A DNA stretch of 64,000 nucleotides from positions 128,001 through 192,000 of the forward strand of contig CAWJZV010000006.1 in the NCBI GenBank assembly GCA_963847445.1, read 5' to 3'. A program made the position numbers and the translations under genes. The notes under the pieces were generated by a model. It had not been told where the DNA came from. It was given only the letters and a program-made list of their open reading frames with translations, and did no database searches. Shown piece by piece: positions 9,823-23,321 of the stretch (position 1 is the stretch's first letter; every line of letters begins with the position of its first letter). The stretch is from an uncultured delta proteobacterium (GTDB taxonomy: Bacteria; Desulfobacterota; Binatia; UBA9968).

Positions 9823-10797
9823 TCAACCCAGATCGCTGGACTCTTTTCGGATCATGTAGAGAAAAATCGGCACACCGACCAACGAGGTGACGATGCCGAC
9901 GGGCAGTTCCGCCGGCGCCATGACGGTGCGCGCCGCGGCGTCGCAGAGCACGAGAAAGATCCCGCCGGAAAAAAATGTCAGCGGCAACAAAGTTCGATGA
10001 TCGGCACCGAAACTCAAGCGAATCATATGCGGCACAATCAAACCGACAAACCCGATCAAGCCCGCCACCGATACCGAAATCGACGTCAGCAGCGCCGCGA
10101 CAATGGCGAAGAGCAGTTGAATGCGACCGGTGCGAACCCCGCTGCTTTGCGCCGTCTCCTCACCGAGCAGCAGTAGGTTTAACTCTGGCGCGAAGTAACA
10201 GGAGATAAGCGCGGCGAGCGGAATGCATGCGAGGGAAACCCAGGTGGTATCCCAACTGGAGGTGGAAAAGCCGCCGAGAAAGAAAAAGATCAGCGCTTTC
10301 AATTCTTCGCCGGCCATCAGCATGAAAATGGCGACCAACGATGAAAGAAACAGGCCGACGCCCAGACCCGAGAGCAGCAACCGAAAGATCGAGAATCCGC
10401 CTTGGCGATGGCCGAAATAGAAAACCAACGCGAGGGCGCCCAGCGATCCGGCAAAAGCGAAGACACTGACGGCGGCGAAGTTCGCCAGTGGCGACGCCAG
10501 TTTGAAGACGATTGCCGCCGCCGCGCCCAATGACGCGCCGGAGGAGACACCGAGCAGGTAGCTATCGGCGATGGGATTGCGAAAAAGACCTTGGAAGATC
10601 GCGCCGGCCAAGGCTAAACCGCCGCCAACCAAAAAGGCCGATAGGACGCGCGGCAGGCGTAGATTGAATAAGATTTCTTTGTCGGTCGCGGACAACTCCA
10701 GAAACGAGATTGGCACTGTACCGATGCTCAGGCCAATCAGGATGGTGGCCAAAAGGGTTGCTGATAACAGCACGAACGTTGCGCTGCGGCGACTCAC
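9823..10797 (-). CDS. FecCD/BtuC-family ABC permease
   Basis: LRLPRV, FRNPIAD, GLIGFVGLIVPH, ELPVG motifs; GTG start overlaps the upstream TGA (GTGA). Confidence 0.93.
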   Translation of the reverse strand: MSRRSATFVLLSATLLATILIGLSIGTVPISFLELSATDKEILFNLRLPRVLSAFLVGGGLALAGAIFQGLFRNPIADSYLLGVSSGASLGAAAAIVFKLASPLANFAAVSVFAFAGSLGALALVFYFGHRQGGFSIFRLLLSGLGVGLFLSSLVAIFMLMAGEELKALIFFFLGGFSTSSWDTTWVSLACIPLAALISCYFAPELNLLLLGEETAQSSGVRTGRIQLLFAIVAALLTSISVSVAGLIGFVGLIVPHMIRLSFGADHRTLLPLTFFSGGIFLVLCDAAARTVMAPAELPVGIVTSLVGVPIFLYMIRKESSDLG

Positions 10798-11721
10798 TTG
10801 GGCTCCGTCCGCAGCGGTCCCGCAGTTGCGGCTATAGAGAAGAGGCAGTTGTGCAGCTTTGCTAAGCCATCGACGAACATGATGCTGCGGCGAATATCCG
10901 GTTCTTCGATGAAACAAAAGTGGCGGTCGCGCACGCCGCGGATCGACGACCAGCCGGGACGGCGCGGGAGCGTTTTTACAAACGCTGCCTGTTCGGCGAG
11001 AAAGATCAGCACTTCGGGATTTCTCTGGATCAGCGATTCCAAACCGATCTGCCCCGAGTCAAATGACATGTCGCCGAAAATATTGACGCCCCCAGCGGCG
11101 CTGACGAGCCAATCGGTGAACGATACTTTGCCGACGGTGATCAACGGCTCGGTCCACATCTGTAAATAGGCGCGCCTTTTCGGCATAGCCTGCGCTTTGG
11201 TTGCAATCGCGTTAAAACGTCGCTGCATGTCGTCGATAAAGCTTTGCGCTTTATGATCCTGCCCGAGCAGCTCGCCGAGAAGCAAGAAATCTTTCACCAG
11301 CCCAGTCATGTCACGGGGCCACAGGCTTACAACCGCATAGCCCAGGTTCTTAAGGGGCACGGCGAAGCGCTGCTGGGTTGGCCCGTTGGTGAGGATGAGA
11401 TCGGGTTGGAGCTGGACGATCTTCTCCAAATTCGCGTCGAAGCCGCCGCCGATGATTTCAGTTTGCTTGCGCTGGATTCTGCTAACCAGATTCCTCGGGA
11501 AAAAAGTCGTAACGGGTGCCGCCTTTCAAACGCTCGCAGTCCAACAAGCACACCATCTCCGAATTGGTCGGCACCAGCGACACGACCCTGCGGATATCCC
11601 GTTTGACAGTGACTGTGAAACCGAGATCGTCAACGATGGTTCTGCTTCCGGCCGCTGCCAGAGCGACGGAACTTAACAGTGTCGCGAGAGCGTAAATCGA
11701 TATTATCGCCGGACACTGCAT
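10794..11721 (-). CDS. Cobalamin-binding periplasmic protein (BtuF-like), frameshift near 11490
   Basis: Signal peptide and RRVVSLVPTNSE in one frame; NLEKIVQLQPDLI and AAGGVNIF in the next. Confidence 0.85.
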
Positions 11722-11760
11722 ACCTTACGTGGCCTCACGCGCTTTCAAGAATGCTTTCAT

Positions 11761-13789
11761 CTAGTACTTGAATGACAGACCGGCGAAGACGTTGAACGTC
11801 GGCGCGGGAACACGGAACGGTTCGTTGACCAATATGCCGGAGGTCGAATACTTTCGGTTGGTCAGGTTGTTGAAGTTGACGTATCCCGTCCATTGTTTCC
11901 ACTGATACGCGATACGGCTGTTGAGGACAAAATAGTCAGCGATCTTCTTGGCTTGATTGGGTTCGTCACTCTGCATAAATTGCGCGCCGACATAATTACC
12001 GAACAGCGAAACGGTTAAGCCTTCGATGGGATAGGTATTGATGCCGACGCCGACCCGATGGCGCGGCACGAGCGGCAGATCGTCGCCTTTTCTCACTTGG
12101 CCGGAAAAGAGCAAGACATCGGTTTCAAACGTGGCTTTCATGGCGGTGTAATTGATAAAACCATCGAGCCACTTTTGGTAGCGAGCTTTAAGCGAGAGCT
12201 CGATGCCCCGGCGCAAGGTGCGGGATATATTCTCATTGCGACCGAAGAATAAAAGCGGGTCGGTGACTATAAAAAGTATCTCATCACGCACAGGCGTGTA
12301 AAACAGCGCCAGCGACGCGTCGAGCCAATCTTGCAGCTGAGCTTTGGCGCCAAGCTCGAAATTGCGGCTGGTCATGGCCTTCAAGTCCGGATTGGAGCCG
12401 AACGGTCCCTGCGCGAATAGTTCGTCCACCGTTGGAATTCGCACTCCCTCTGAGTAACTAAACGAAAAGCTCAAATTCTTGACCGGCGTATACACGAGCC
12501 CGGCCTTTGGGCTGACGCGGTTGTAGGTCTTTATACCGCTGAGAGTTGGATCGATTTCATCAGTGAAGTTAAGGCGATCCCAGTCGTAACGGAAGCCGCC
12601 GTTGACGACCAACGATTCGAACAGATGAAAACTATCGGTGAGAAAGATACCCGCGACATCTTCCTTAGTCGAGCGTAAGTTTTGGAACGTGAAAGCCGGC
12701 AAGAAGATCCCCGCGTTGGCTGTGTCGAATTTATTCCGGGTGTATTCGACACCGAGCGTCAAAAGATTTTTTTTGTTCAGGATGGCGCCCTCGTGGCTGG
12801 CCTGGATCGTCGTGCCACCGGAATTCGTCTCCGTCTGGAGGGTCGCCTCACTGCTTAAGCCGCGAGTAAACAGCTCGATGTCGTTGCGCCGGAAGAATCC
12901 GTTGAGCGCAACTGAGAAACCCATTGGAAGTTTCTGTGTCAAATTAAGCGCGACTTGATGGAGATTGTCTTTTTGCTGATCGCCCGGAGTCAAATTGTCG
13001 TTCCTGTCGACCCGCAGCCGACTAGCCGGCAGCGACCCCGCCTGGCTGATATTATCCAGCACGCGCGTATAGGCGAGGCTGGCGTCGGTGTTGTCGCCGA
13101 GCCGATAACCGAGTTTTGTCAGCAGACGCGTGATCGTCGCGCCGGCGTGCCGCGAGCCGAATTCCTCTCGATAACCGTTGGTCAGCTCGCGCGTGACACC
13201 GAAGTAGTAGTCAAAGTTGGGGATTAACGGCAGCGGACCATCGGTGCTGAACGTGTATCGTTGCCTGCCGTAGCTGCCGCCGCCGATGTTCATGCCGATG
13301 TGCGGCCGGTCCGCGCGCCCGCGCTTGGTCGTGATATTGATGACACCGGCGAGGGCATTGCGGCCAAACACGGTTGCGGTTCCAGGCAAAATCTCGATGC
13401 GTTCGATGTCTTCGAGCGGTATTAGATTAAAATTGATCGTATTGAAATCCGGCTCATTGACTCGGACGCCGTCGATGAAGACGCTGGTGGTGGTAACCGG
13501 TTGCGCGTTGAACCCGCGCAGGTCGACGGTCTGCTGAAACTCGTTACCCACAGAGTCGTAGAGCACGATGCCGGTTTGATATTGCAGGACTTCTTGGATT
13601 GTCTTGGCGCCGAGCTTTTCGATCTCATCGGCGCTGACGACGATGACTTTGCCGGGAACTTGGCTCGCCGGTTGCTCGACATCCCGGAGCCGTGTCGAAG
13701 TGACCACCACTGGCGGCAGCGTATCCTGGGCATCCGATACTCCCGGCGCTCCCAGCAAAAACGAGTAAAACCAAACCTCGTGCTTTCAT
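11761..13789 (-). CDS. TonB-dependent receptor (BtuB-like); ATG at 13789 is offset by 1 nt at a T run in the signal-peptide coding region
   Basis: TonB box (PPVVVTSTR), plug motif IERIEILPG...GVINITTK, NLTNRKY, C-terminal aromatic residue; AGGAGG SD; cobalamin riboswitch upstream. Confidence 0.9.
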
Positions 13790-13833
13790 GAAGCCCTCCT
13801 TCTCCCGCGAAAGGGGAACGTTGTGGCGGAGCG

Positions 13834-14050
13834 GACAGGTCTCCTGACTTGAGCATCAAACCTAATCGCTGCGTCTTCCCGTCGGCGCCGCGCCGACAGT
13901 GACTCGATTGCAGCTTTCGTAGCTCTTACAGTTGCGGGGCAGTAGAGGCATTCTCCGAAAAGGATGTTAAGGATGACGGATAAAATTCATCCTTCGACTT
14001 ATATCCTTTTGGAGTCACATCTTTCCCTAGGTCCGCTCTGCGGTTGATAA
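13834..14050 (-). ncRNA. Cobalamin riboswitch upstream of btuB, with a hairpin insertion
   Basis: Minus strand AGGGAA...CTGCCCCGCAACTGTAA...GTCACTG...GGGAAG...AAGTCAGGAGACCTG (B12 box); boundaries approximate. Confidence 0.88.
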
Positions 14051-14076
14051 GTCTAGCTTCTATGGCCTCCTTAGCT

Positions 14077-14832
14077 TCATCGTTTGGCATTCGACAGCTG
14101 AAATTCGATCGGTACCTTGACCCAAGTCTCGATCGGTATGCCACTGACGCGAGCCGGCACGAAGCGCCATTTCTTGAGCGCTTCAGTGGCGGCCTGGTCG
14201 AGCATGTGGTGGCCGGAGCTGGTATTGACCTCGATCGCCTTGGTTCTGCCCTCTTCATCGACAAGCACGCGTAGTAGCACCCGGCCTTCTTTGCCTTCAC
14301 GCCGCGCGCTATCCGGGTAATGAGGCTGAGGGGTTTCGCGATAGCGGGCTTGAATGAGCGGAGTTCCAGCTTGTCCCGTTCCTGAACCTTCGCCGTTGCC
14401 GGCACCGTTGCCGGAGCCAGTGCCCGATCTTTCTCCGGCGAGATTATTTCCGCCAGCTCCGTTGTCGCTCCCGTAGCTGTCACCCGTTCTGTTGGCAGTA
14501 CCAACCATCGAGACGCCAGAGATCGACGTTACACTCGTATCAGCGACAACCGGCGGACTCTCGGTCGGCAATCTTTCCAACGCGGCGGGGGGCGAGGCCG
14601 GCGCGATATCGCCGGTGCGCTCAGTGGGTGTTTTGGCGAAGTTTTTCGCAGTGACTCGATCAGCCGCGGCATGCCCGCCGCCGGGACCTCCGCTGGGTTC
14701 AGTGGCGGATTCGATCGGCAAGATCGTCACCTGGATGGCGCGATCGGTTACCGGTCCATTCAATGAAATGGGAACCAGGATCGCTGCCGCATGGACTGCG
14801 AAGGATAGGAAAAAAAATAGCGCCAGCTTCAT
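14077..14832 (-). CDS. tonB: Energy transducer TonB
   Basis: N-terminal TM helix with His (SFAVHAA), Pro/Gly-rich linker, C-terminal PHYPDSARREGKEGRV...SSG...LDQAA...WRFVPA. Confidence 0.92.
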   Translation of the reverse strand: MKLALFFFLSFAVHAAAILVPISLNGPVTDRAIQVTILPIESATEPSGGPGGGHAAADRVTAKNFAKTPTERTGDIAPASPPAALERLPTESPPVVADTSVTSISGVSMVGTANRTGDSYGSDNGAGGNNLAGERSGTGSGNGAGNGEGSGTGQAGTPLIQARYRETPQPHYPDSARREGKEGRVLLRVLVDEEGRTKAIEVNTSSGHHMLDQAATEALKKWRFVPARVSGIPIETWVKVPIEFQLSNAKR

Positions 14833-14920
14833 CCGAGCTCACTACTGGCCTCTGGAAAATTGACGGGAAAGATTGCGAAACCTTTCTCTCTTCTCCGGAG
14901 AGGCCGGTCGATTCGCTCTA

Positions 14921-15070
14921 GGTAGGTCTCCTGGCTTAGGCTTTTTTCTACTCGCCGCGCCTTCCCATTCCCTCGAACAGTGGCTGAGTTGCGGCTTTCG
15001 TCGCCGTTACAGTGGCGGGACCGCGCCGGATTTACACCGGACTTCCCTTTGAACCTAGGGCTCCGAATTG
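14921..15070 (-). ncRNA. Cobalamin riboswitch upstream of tonB
   Basis: Minus strand AAAGGGAAGTCCGGTGTAAATCCGGCGCGGTCCCGCCACTGTAA...GCCACTG...GGGAAG...AAGCCAGGAGACCT, canonical consensus. Confidence 0.95.
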
Positions 15071-15125
15071 ATGTAAACGGAAACTATAACGCGCAGATTA
15101 GACTGTCAACTGGTTGTCGAATTCG

Positions 15126-16001
15126 TTAGAGGATCAACCACAAGACGATCGGAATTGTCAGGACGGATAGAAAAGTGCTGATAACCACGATGGACGCGGC
15201 GAGAGCGGGGTCTTGGCGGTACTTTTCGGTCAAGACGAAATTGATCACGGCGGCGGGAAGTGCGCCATAGAGCAGCAGCACTTGGCGATTGACGCCGGTG
15301 GCGCCGATGGCCAACACCGCAATGTTGGCGGCGGCGAAGCCACCGAAGATGCGTAACAGAGCGCCGCCCAGCGCGTGGCCCCATTGTAACGACTCCACCT
15401 CGTGCAACCGGTAACCCAAGCTGATGAGCATGATCGGGATCGTCGCTTGCCCTAACATGGCGACCGGCTGGAGCAAGATTTCCGGGATTTTCACCTGGGC
15501 GAGATTGATCACCAGACCGGCGACGGCGGCGTAGATCAACGGCAAACGAAAACTTTCGCGCCAATTGCCGCGGCCGTGCAATATGTAAATGCCCAACGAG
15601 TACTGCAGAAACGTAATGATCACGAACATCAGCGTGGCGCGCTGCAGGCCGGCTTGGCCGAACGCGAAGAACGCGAGCGGAATACCCATGTTCCCCGCGT
15701 TCATGAACAGCGCCGGCAAGGCAAAGCCACGCGATGCGAATCCGAACAAGGCGAAGTAGCCGCGGATCAGCAGGCCGACACCGGCGAAAATCACGACGAT
15801 ACCGGATGACAAGATCAAGATATCGTTGGCGAATAGTGGTTTACTCACCAGCGAGCTGAAAACCAGCGCAGGGGTGCCAAGGTAGACGATGATTTCGGTC
15901 ACCGATGCCAAACTGATTTTTTTCCAATGGGCAAAAATAAATCCGGCGGCGATCAGCATGAAGACTGGGATGACCGGCGAGACGGGCTCGAAAATTTCCA
16001 T
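15126..16001 (-). CDS. AEC (auxin efflux carrier / Mem_trans) family transporter
   Basis: About 10 TM segments; PALVFSSL, NAGNMGIP, LPAAV and ISTFLS motifs. Confidence 0.9.
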   Translation of the reverse strand: MEIFEPVSPVIPVFMLIAAGFIFAHWKKISLASVTEIIVYLGTPALVFSSLVSKPLFANDILILSSGIVVIFAGVGLLIRGYFALFGFASRGFALPALFMNAGNMGIPLAFFAFGQAGLQRATLMFVIITFLQYSLGIYILHGRGNWRESFRLPLIYAAVAGLVINLAQVKIPEILLQPVAMLGQATIPIMLISLGYRLHEVESLQWGHALGGALLRIFGGFAAANIAVLAIGATGVNRQVLLLYGALPAAVINFVLTEKYRQDPALAASIVVISTFLSVLTIPIVLWLIL

Positions 16002-16026
16002 AGTGGGGTCGGCCGGGCGCCATTCT

Positions 16027-16734
16027 CTAAAGAACGGTCATCAGCACCAGAGTCAACGCTTCGCTGAGATCGGTGACCGCGCCAAAGTTGTTTTGCGTGA
16101 GGATCGCATGACGACGATGCAGCAGTGCGCGGCTCAGCAGCGCCAGCAGCGACAAGGCTAAGCCGATCCACAAAGCTTCGCGGCCGAGTAGATAGGTTGC
16201 CAAGACTAACGTGATGAGTGTCGTGACCGCAAGGTGCCATAGTTTGGTATTCTCAGCGATCGGCCGCATGGTCTCCTCACAGCGGTCGTGGTAGCCGTAG
16301 AGCAGCACCACCAAGGCCCAGCGCGCCAACGCAGGTGCGAGAAAGATATTGGCGGTCACTTTGTCGTCCATGATGTCGACGGCGTGGACTTTGAGCAGGG
16401 TCACGATGATGATCGCGGCGAAGCCAAAAATATCCCCGCCACGGTCGCGCGCCGCCGCGGTGGGCCACTGCATGGAATCGAACGTGCTCTTGGTCCCGGC
16501 CAATGGCATGGCGCCGGTGGCGACGATCAAAAGCGCGATCATTAAAACGCTGAGAATTTCCGAATCGACGTGCAAAGCCAGTAGGTAGTAGATCGCCGCC
16601 AAAACTACACCGATCGCTAAACCGACCAGCGGAAACCATAGTGGAGCGTTGCCAAATCCCGCAGGATCGCTTGCCGGCGCGCGCCAACGGCCCAAAATCG
16701 TTAAGTATTTGAACGCTGTGACGAGGCTTTGCAC
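16027..16734 (-). CDS. CobS-family membrane protein with degenerate conserved motifs
   Basis: AFKYLTIL, WFPLVGLAIG and LAPALARW match CobS; the HxDGxADxxD and TGDxxG motifs are absent. Confidence 0.75.
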   Translation of the reverse strand: MQSLVTAFKYLTILGRWRAPASDPAGFGNAPLWFPLVGLAIGVVLAAIYYLLALHVDSEILSVLMIALLIVATGAMPLAGTKSTFDSMQWPTAAARDRGGDIFGFAAIIIVTLLKVHAVDIMDDKVTANIFLAPALARWALVVLLYGYHDRCEETMRPIAENTKLWHLAVTTLITLVLATYLLGREALWIGLALSLLALLSRALLHRRHAILTQNNFGAVTDLSEALTLVLMTVL

Positions 16735-16962
16735 GGCCTCTGTTGTCGCTCAGTGGGGTCATAGAGTCAACCGACCGAGCGGCAAAAGCGTAGCGCCTTT
16801 ACGGCAATTTCCCAAAGGTCCGAAAAATTCAAATAATTGCTTGGTAATTCAATGCCTTATAGCTCTTTTTACGCTTTACTTTCGCGCTCCTTTCCGGTAC
16901 TATTTTGGTTAGCTGAAACTCTGTCTAACTCCAGAACTTTTCTAGCAAATTTCGAAATTTAG

Positions 16963-19416
<2,454 letters not shown>

Positions 19417-19493
19417 TGCGCCGTTGGCGGTGCTGGCACCTTGCCCAGCGCCGCACCGAGAAATAATTCACCTAGCAGATTGGCGAGCGATTC

Positions 19494-21953
19494 ATGGAAG
19501 CTACTATCAAACCGCAAAAGGTTCCGGTCTACATCGAAGAAGAGATGCGCGAGTCGTTCATGGCCTATGCCATGAGCGTCATCATCAGCCGGGCTCTGCC
19601 GGATGTGCGCGACGGCTTGAAGCCGGTGCATCGGCGCGTGCTCTACGCCATGTACGACGCCAGCAACACTTCGGATAAGCCCTACAAGAAATCCGCCCGT
19701 CTGGTCGGCGATATCATGGGTAAGTACCATCCCCATGGCGACACGGCGATCTACGACACCGTGGTGCGCATGGCCCAGGACTTCAACCTGCGCTATCCGC
19801 TGGTCGACGGCCAGGGTAATTTTGGTTCCATTGACGGCGATAATCCGGCGGCCATGCGTTACACCGAGATCCGCATGACCCTGTTGGCCGAGGAGATGCT
19901 CGCCGACATCGAGAAAGACACCGTCGAATTCGTCCCCAACTACGACGATTCGCTCAAAGAACCGTCGGTGCTGCCGTCGCGGATTCCCAATCTGCTGATC
20001 AATGGCTCAGCCGGCATCGCGGTTGGCATGGCGACCAATATTCCACCGCATAATCTGAGCGAAGTGATCGATGCCTTGGTGGCGCTGGTGGATAACCCCG
20101 AGATGACGATCAAGCAGTTGATGCGCCATATCCCCGGACCGGATTTTCCCACCGGCGGATTTATTCATGGCCGCGAGCCGATCATTCGCGCCTACCACGA
20201 GGGCAAGGGCATCATTCAAATGCGCGGCAAGGCGTTTACCGAAACGGTCAAGCGCACCGGCAAAGAACAGATCATCATCGGGGAAATTCCCTACCAGGTA
20301 AACAAGAAGCGGTTGATCGAACAGATCGCCGAACTGGTCAACGAGAAAAAGATCGAAGGCATCGGCGATCTGCGCGACGAATCGGACCGCGACGGCATGC
20401 GCATCGTCATCGAGCTCAAGCGCGACGCGGTGGCCGAAATCGTCATCAACCAGCTGCACAAGCATACCCAACTGCAAGATTCTTTCGGCATGAACATGCT
20501 CGCCATCGTCGATGGCAAGCCCAAGCTGCTTACTCTCAAGGACGCGCTGAAATGCTTCCTCGATCACCGCAAGGAAGTAGTGACCCGGCGCACCGCCTAC
20601 GATCTGCGCAAGGCCGAAGAGCGGCTGCATATCTTGGAAGGGTTTCGCATCGCGCTCGACAACCTCGACGCGGTGATCGCGCTGATTCGCAATTCCGCCG
20701 ACGGCAAAGAAGCCAAAGAAGGGTTGATGAGCAATTTCGCGTTGAGCGAATTGCAGGCCCAGGCGATCCTCGACCTGCGCTTGCAGCGCTTGACCGGCTT
20801 GGAACGCGACAAGATCATGGACGAGCACCGCGAGACCGTCGCGCTGATCGCCAAGCTGCGGGCGATCCTCGCCGACGAGAAAGAGATCTACAAAATCATC
20901 GTCGGCGAGCTCAAAGAGATCAAGAAGCAGTATGGCGACGAGCGCCGCACCCAGATCGTCGATCACTCCGATGATATTTCCATCGAGGACATGATCGTCG
21001 ACGAAGACATGGCGGTGACGATCTCTCATGAGGGCTATATCAAGCGCAACCCGGTGACTCTCTACCGGGCGCAGCGGCGCGGCGGCAAGGGCAAGATCGG
21101 CACGACGACCAAGGAAGAGGACTTTGTCGAGTCGTTGTTCATCGCCTCGATGCATTCCTATATTCTGTTTTTCACCACCGTCGGCAAGGTCTATTGGATC
21201 AAGGTCCATGAGCTGCCGCAGGCGAGCCGGGCGGCGCGCGGCAAGCCGATCGTCAACCTGCTCAATCTCGAGCCCGGCGAAAAAGTCTCGGCGTTTCTCT
21301 CGGTGCGCGAATTTCAAGAAGGGCGATTCATCATTTTCGCCACCAAGAACGGTCTGATCAAAAAGACCGAGCTGATGGCCTACGCCCATCCCCGGCCCAG
21401 CGGCATTCGCGCCATCGGGCTCGAAGAGCATGACGAGGTCATCGGCGTGCGCCTGACCGACGGCCTGCAGGAGTTGATACTTTCCACCGCCGAGGGACAG
21501 TCGATTCGTTTCAAGGAAGAGCAAGTGCGTTCCACCGGCCGTGGTACCTTCGGCGTCGTCGGCATGCGTCTGGACGAAGGCGATCATATTGTCAGCATGG
21601 AGATTCTCACCCGTGGCTTCGCGGTCTTGACGGTTTCTGAGGGCGGCTACGGCAAGCGCACCGAGATGGATGAATACCGGCTGCAATCGCGCGGCGGCAA
21701 GGGCATTATCACGATGAAGACCAGCGACCGCACCGGCCGTGTCGTCGGCGTGCAACAAGTCACCGAGGAGGACCAGCTCATGCTGGTCTCCAACATCGGT
21801 AAGATCATTCGCCTGCGTATCAAAGATATCCGCATCATCGGCCGCAACACCCAAGGGGTGCGCTTGATCGAACTCGAAGAAGGCGAGCGGCTGGTGTCGC
21901 TGGCGCGTGTGGCGGAAAAAGAGGAAGAGGACGATGGCGGGGGCGACGCCTAG
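19494..21953 (+). CDS. gyrA: DNA gyrase subunit A
   Basis: [22 protein letters not shown] (catalytic Tyr), GyrA box QRRGGKG. Confidence 0.99.
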   Translation: MEATIKPQKVPVYIEEEMRESFMAYAMSVIISRALPDVRDGLKPVHRRVLYAMYDASNTSDKPYKKSARLVGDIMGKYHPHGDTAIYDTVVRMAQDFNLRYPLVDGQGNFGSIDGDNPAAMRYTEIRMTLLAEEMLADIEKDTVEFVPNYDDSLKEPSVLPSRIPNLLINGSAGIAVGMATNIPPHNLSEVIDALVALVDNPEMTIKQLMRHIPGPDFPTGGFIHGREPIIRAYHEGKGIIQMRGKAFTETVKRTGKEQIIIGEIPYQVNKKRLIEQIAELVNEKKIEGIGDLRDESDRDGMRIVIELKRDAVAEIVINQLHKHTQLQDSFGMNMLAIVDGKPKLLTLKDALKCFLDHRKEVVTRRTAYDLRKAEERLHILEGFRIALDNLDAVIALIRNSADGKEAKEGLMSNFALSELQAQAILDLRLQRLTGLERDKIMDEHRETVALIAKLRAILADEKEIYKIIVGELKEIKKQYGDERRTQIVDHSDDISIEDMIVDEDMAVTISHEGYIKRNPVTLYRAQRRGGKGKIGTTTKEEDFVESLFIASMHSYILFFTTVGKVYWIKVHELPQASRAARGKPIVNLLNLEPGEKVSAFLSVREFQEGRFIIFATKNGLIKKTELMAYAHPRPSGIRAIGLEEHDEVIGVRLTDGLQELILSTAEGQSIRFKEEQVRSTGRGTFGVVGMRLDEGDHIVSMEILTRGFAVLTVSEGGYGKRTEMDEYRLQSRGGKGIITMKTSDRTGRVVGVQQVTEEDQLMLVSNIGKIIRLRIKDIRIIGRNTQGVRLIELEEGERLVSLARVAEKEEEDDGGGDA

Positions 21954-22055
21954 ACGCGCAGTGCCTTGCGTGGCGATAGCCCTGACGAACAATCGTTGAT
22001 CTATCGCGGTAACGAGCCGATTTCAGCCAATAATCATTTTTCGTGTGGATCGACC

Positions 22056-23067
22056 ATGGCTAGAGAGATTGGCGTCGTCGGCGCCGGCGGTTGGGGTACG
22101 GCGCTGGCCAAGCTGCTGGCCGACAAGGGCGAGCGGGTTACTTTGTGGTGTCATGGCGACGGCTAGTTTTCGCGAACTGGCGGAACAACGGCAGAATTTG
22201 ACTTATCTCCCCGGCATTTTGCTGCCCGACAATCTTGCCGTCACTCAGACGTCTAAAAGATGCGGTGGCCGATAAATCGCTGGTGATTTGTGCCGTGCCA
22301 TCCCATGCGGTGCGCGCAAGTATTCACCGACGCGGCGCGCGTACTTCGATCGCCAAACGCTTTTGCTGTGCGGCACCAAGGGGCTGGAAGAGCCGACACT
22401 GCAGACCATGGCTGAGCTGTTCGGCGATATTCTCGGCGCCGCAAGCAAGGAACGCCATGGCTTTCTTTCCGGGCCGACCTTTGCGATCGAAGTTGCCCGG
22501 GGCTTGCCGGCCGCGGTGACAGTCGCTTCCACTTCAGAAAACGTGGCGCTCTCGATCCAAGAGATGCTCAGCACCGCCAGTCTGCGGGTTTATACCTCGC
22601 TCGATGTGGTCGGCGTGCAAATGGGCGGCGTGGTGAAAAATGTCATCGCCATCGCCGCTGGCATTAGCGATGGTCTCGGCCTCGGGCAGAACGCCAGGGC
22701 GGCGTTGATCACCCGCGGTTTGGCGGAAATCACCCGTTTGGCTGTACGCATGGGTGCCGATCCGACGACCTTGGCGGGATTGCCAGGTTTGGGCGATTTA
22801 GTGCTTACCTGTGCCGGTGACTTGAGCCGCAACCGCGCGGTGGGTTTACAGATCGCCGCCGGCAAGAGTTTGCAGGAGATTACGAGTTCGACTCGCACCG
22901 TGGCTGAAGGGGTACGCAATACCCGCGCGCTGCACGCTTTGGCCCAGCGTTTGGCGGTGGAAATGCCGATCGTCGAGCAGATGTACCAGGTGCTCTATGG
23001 CGCTAAGCGGCCGGCCGACGCGGCGCGCGATTTGATGCAACGGTCGCTAAAACCCGAGGCCGGTTAA
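22056..23067 (+). CDS. gpsA: NAD(P)H-dependent glycerol-3-phosphate dehydrogenase, several frameshifts in 22160-22340
   Basis: GAGGWGTALA, YLPG, AVPSH, TKGLE, LSGPTFA, KNVIAIAAG, GDLVLTC and SRN motifs spread over different frames. Confidence 0.93.
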
Positions 23068-23141
23068 AATTGACTTCGCCTGGACGGTATGATTGATATA
23101 GTCACTTGGCTGTGCAGGCGGCCTGAAGGGGAAGTAGTCTT

Positions 23142-23306
23142 ATGAGCAAAAGAACCTATCAACCGAGCAACATCCGTAGAAAGCGCACTCATGGCTTTCT
23201 CGCGCGCATGGCGACTCCGGGCGGGCGCAATGTCATCAAACGGCGCCGCGCCAAGGGACGCAAAAAATTGACTGTGTCGGTGCCGCCCAAGCGGGCGCGC
23301 ACCTAA
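23142..23306 (+). CDS. rpmH: 50S ribosomal protein L34 (missing from the ORF track)
   Basis: [45 protein letters not shown]. Confidence 0.97.
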   Translation: MSKRTYQPSNIRRKRTHGFLARMATPGGRNVIKRRRAKGRKKLTVSVPPKRART

Positions 23307-23321
23307 CCACGGGGGAAGGCG

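Noticed and set aside
20007-21992. 661-aa antisense ORF over gyrA, and similar long shadow ORFs over cobQ, yidC, ispG and glgP
   Set aside because: Expected from GC-rich codon bias opposite real genes; no protein motifs
22160-22340. Programmed frameshifting or pseudogenisation of gpsA, and likewise of the acyl-CoA dehydrogenase, btuF, decarboxylase-like, FAD oxidoreductase and glgP genes
   Set aside because: Scattered single-base indels without slippery motifs, in otherwise well-conserved and partly essential genes; best explained as sequencing or assembly error
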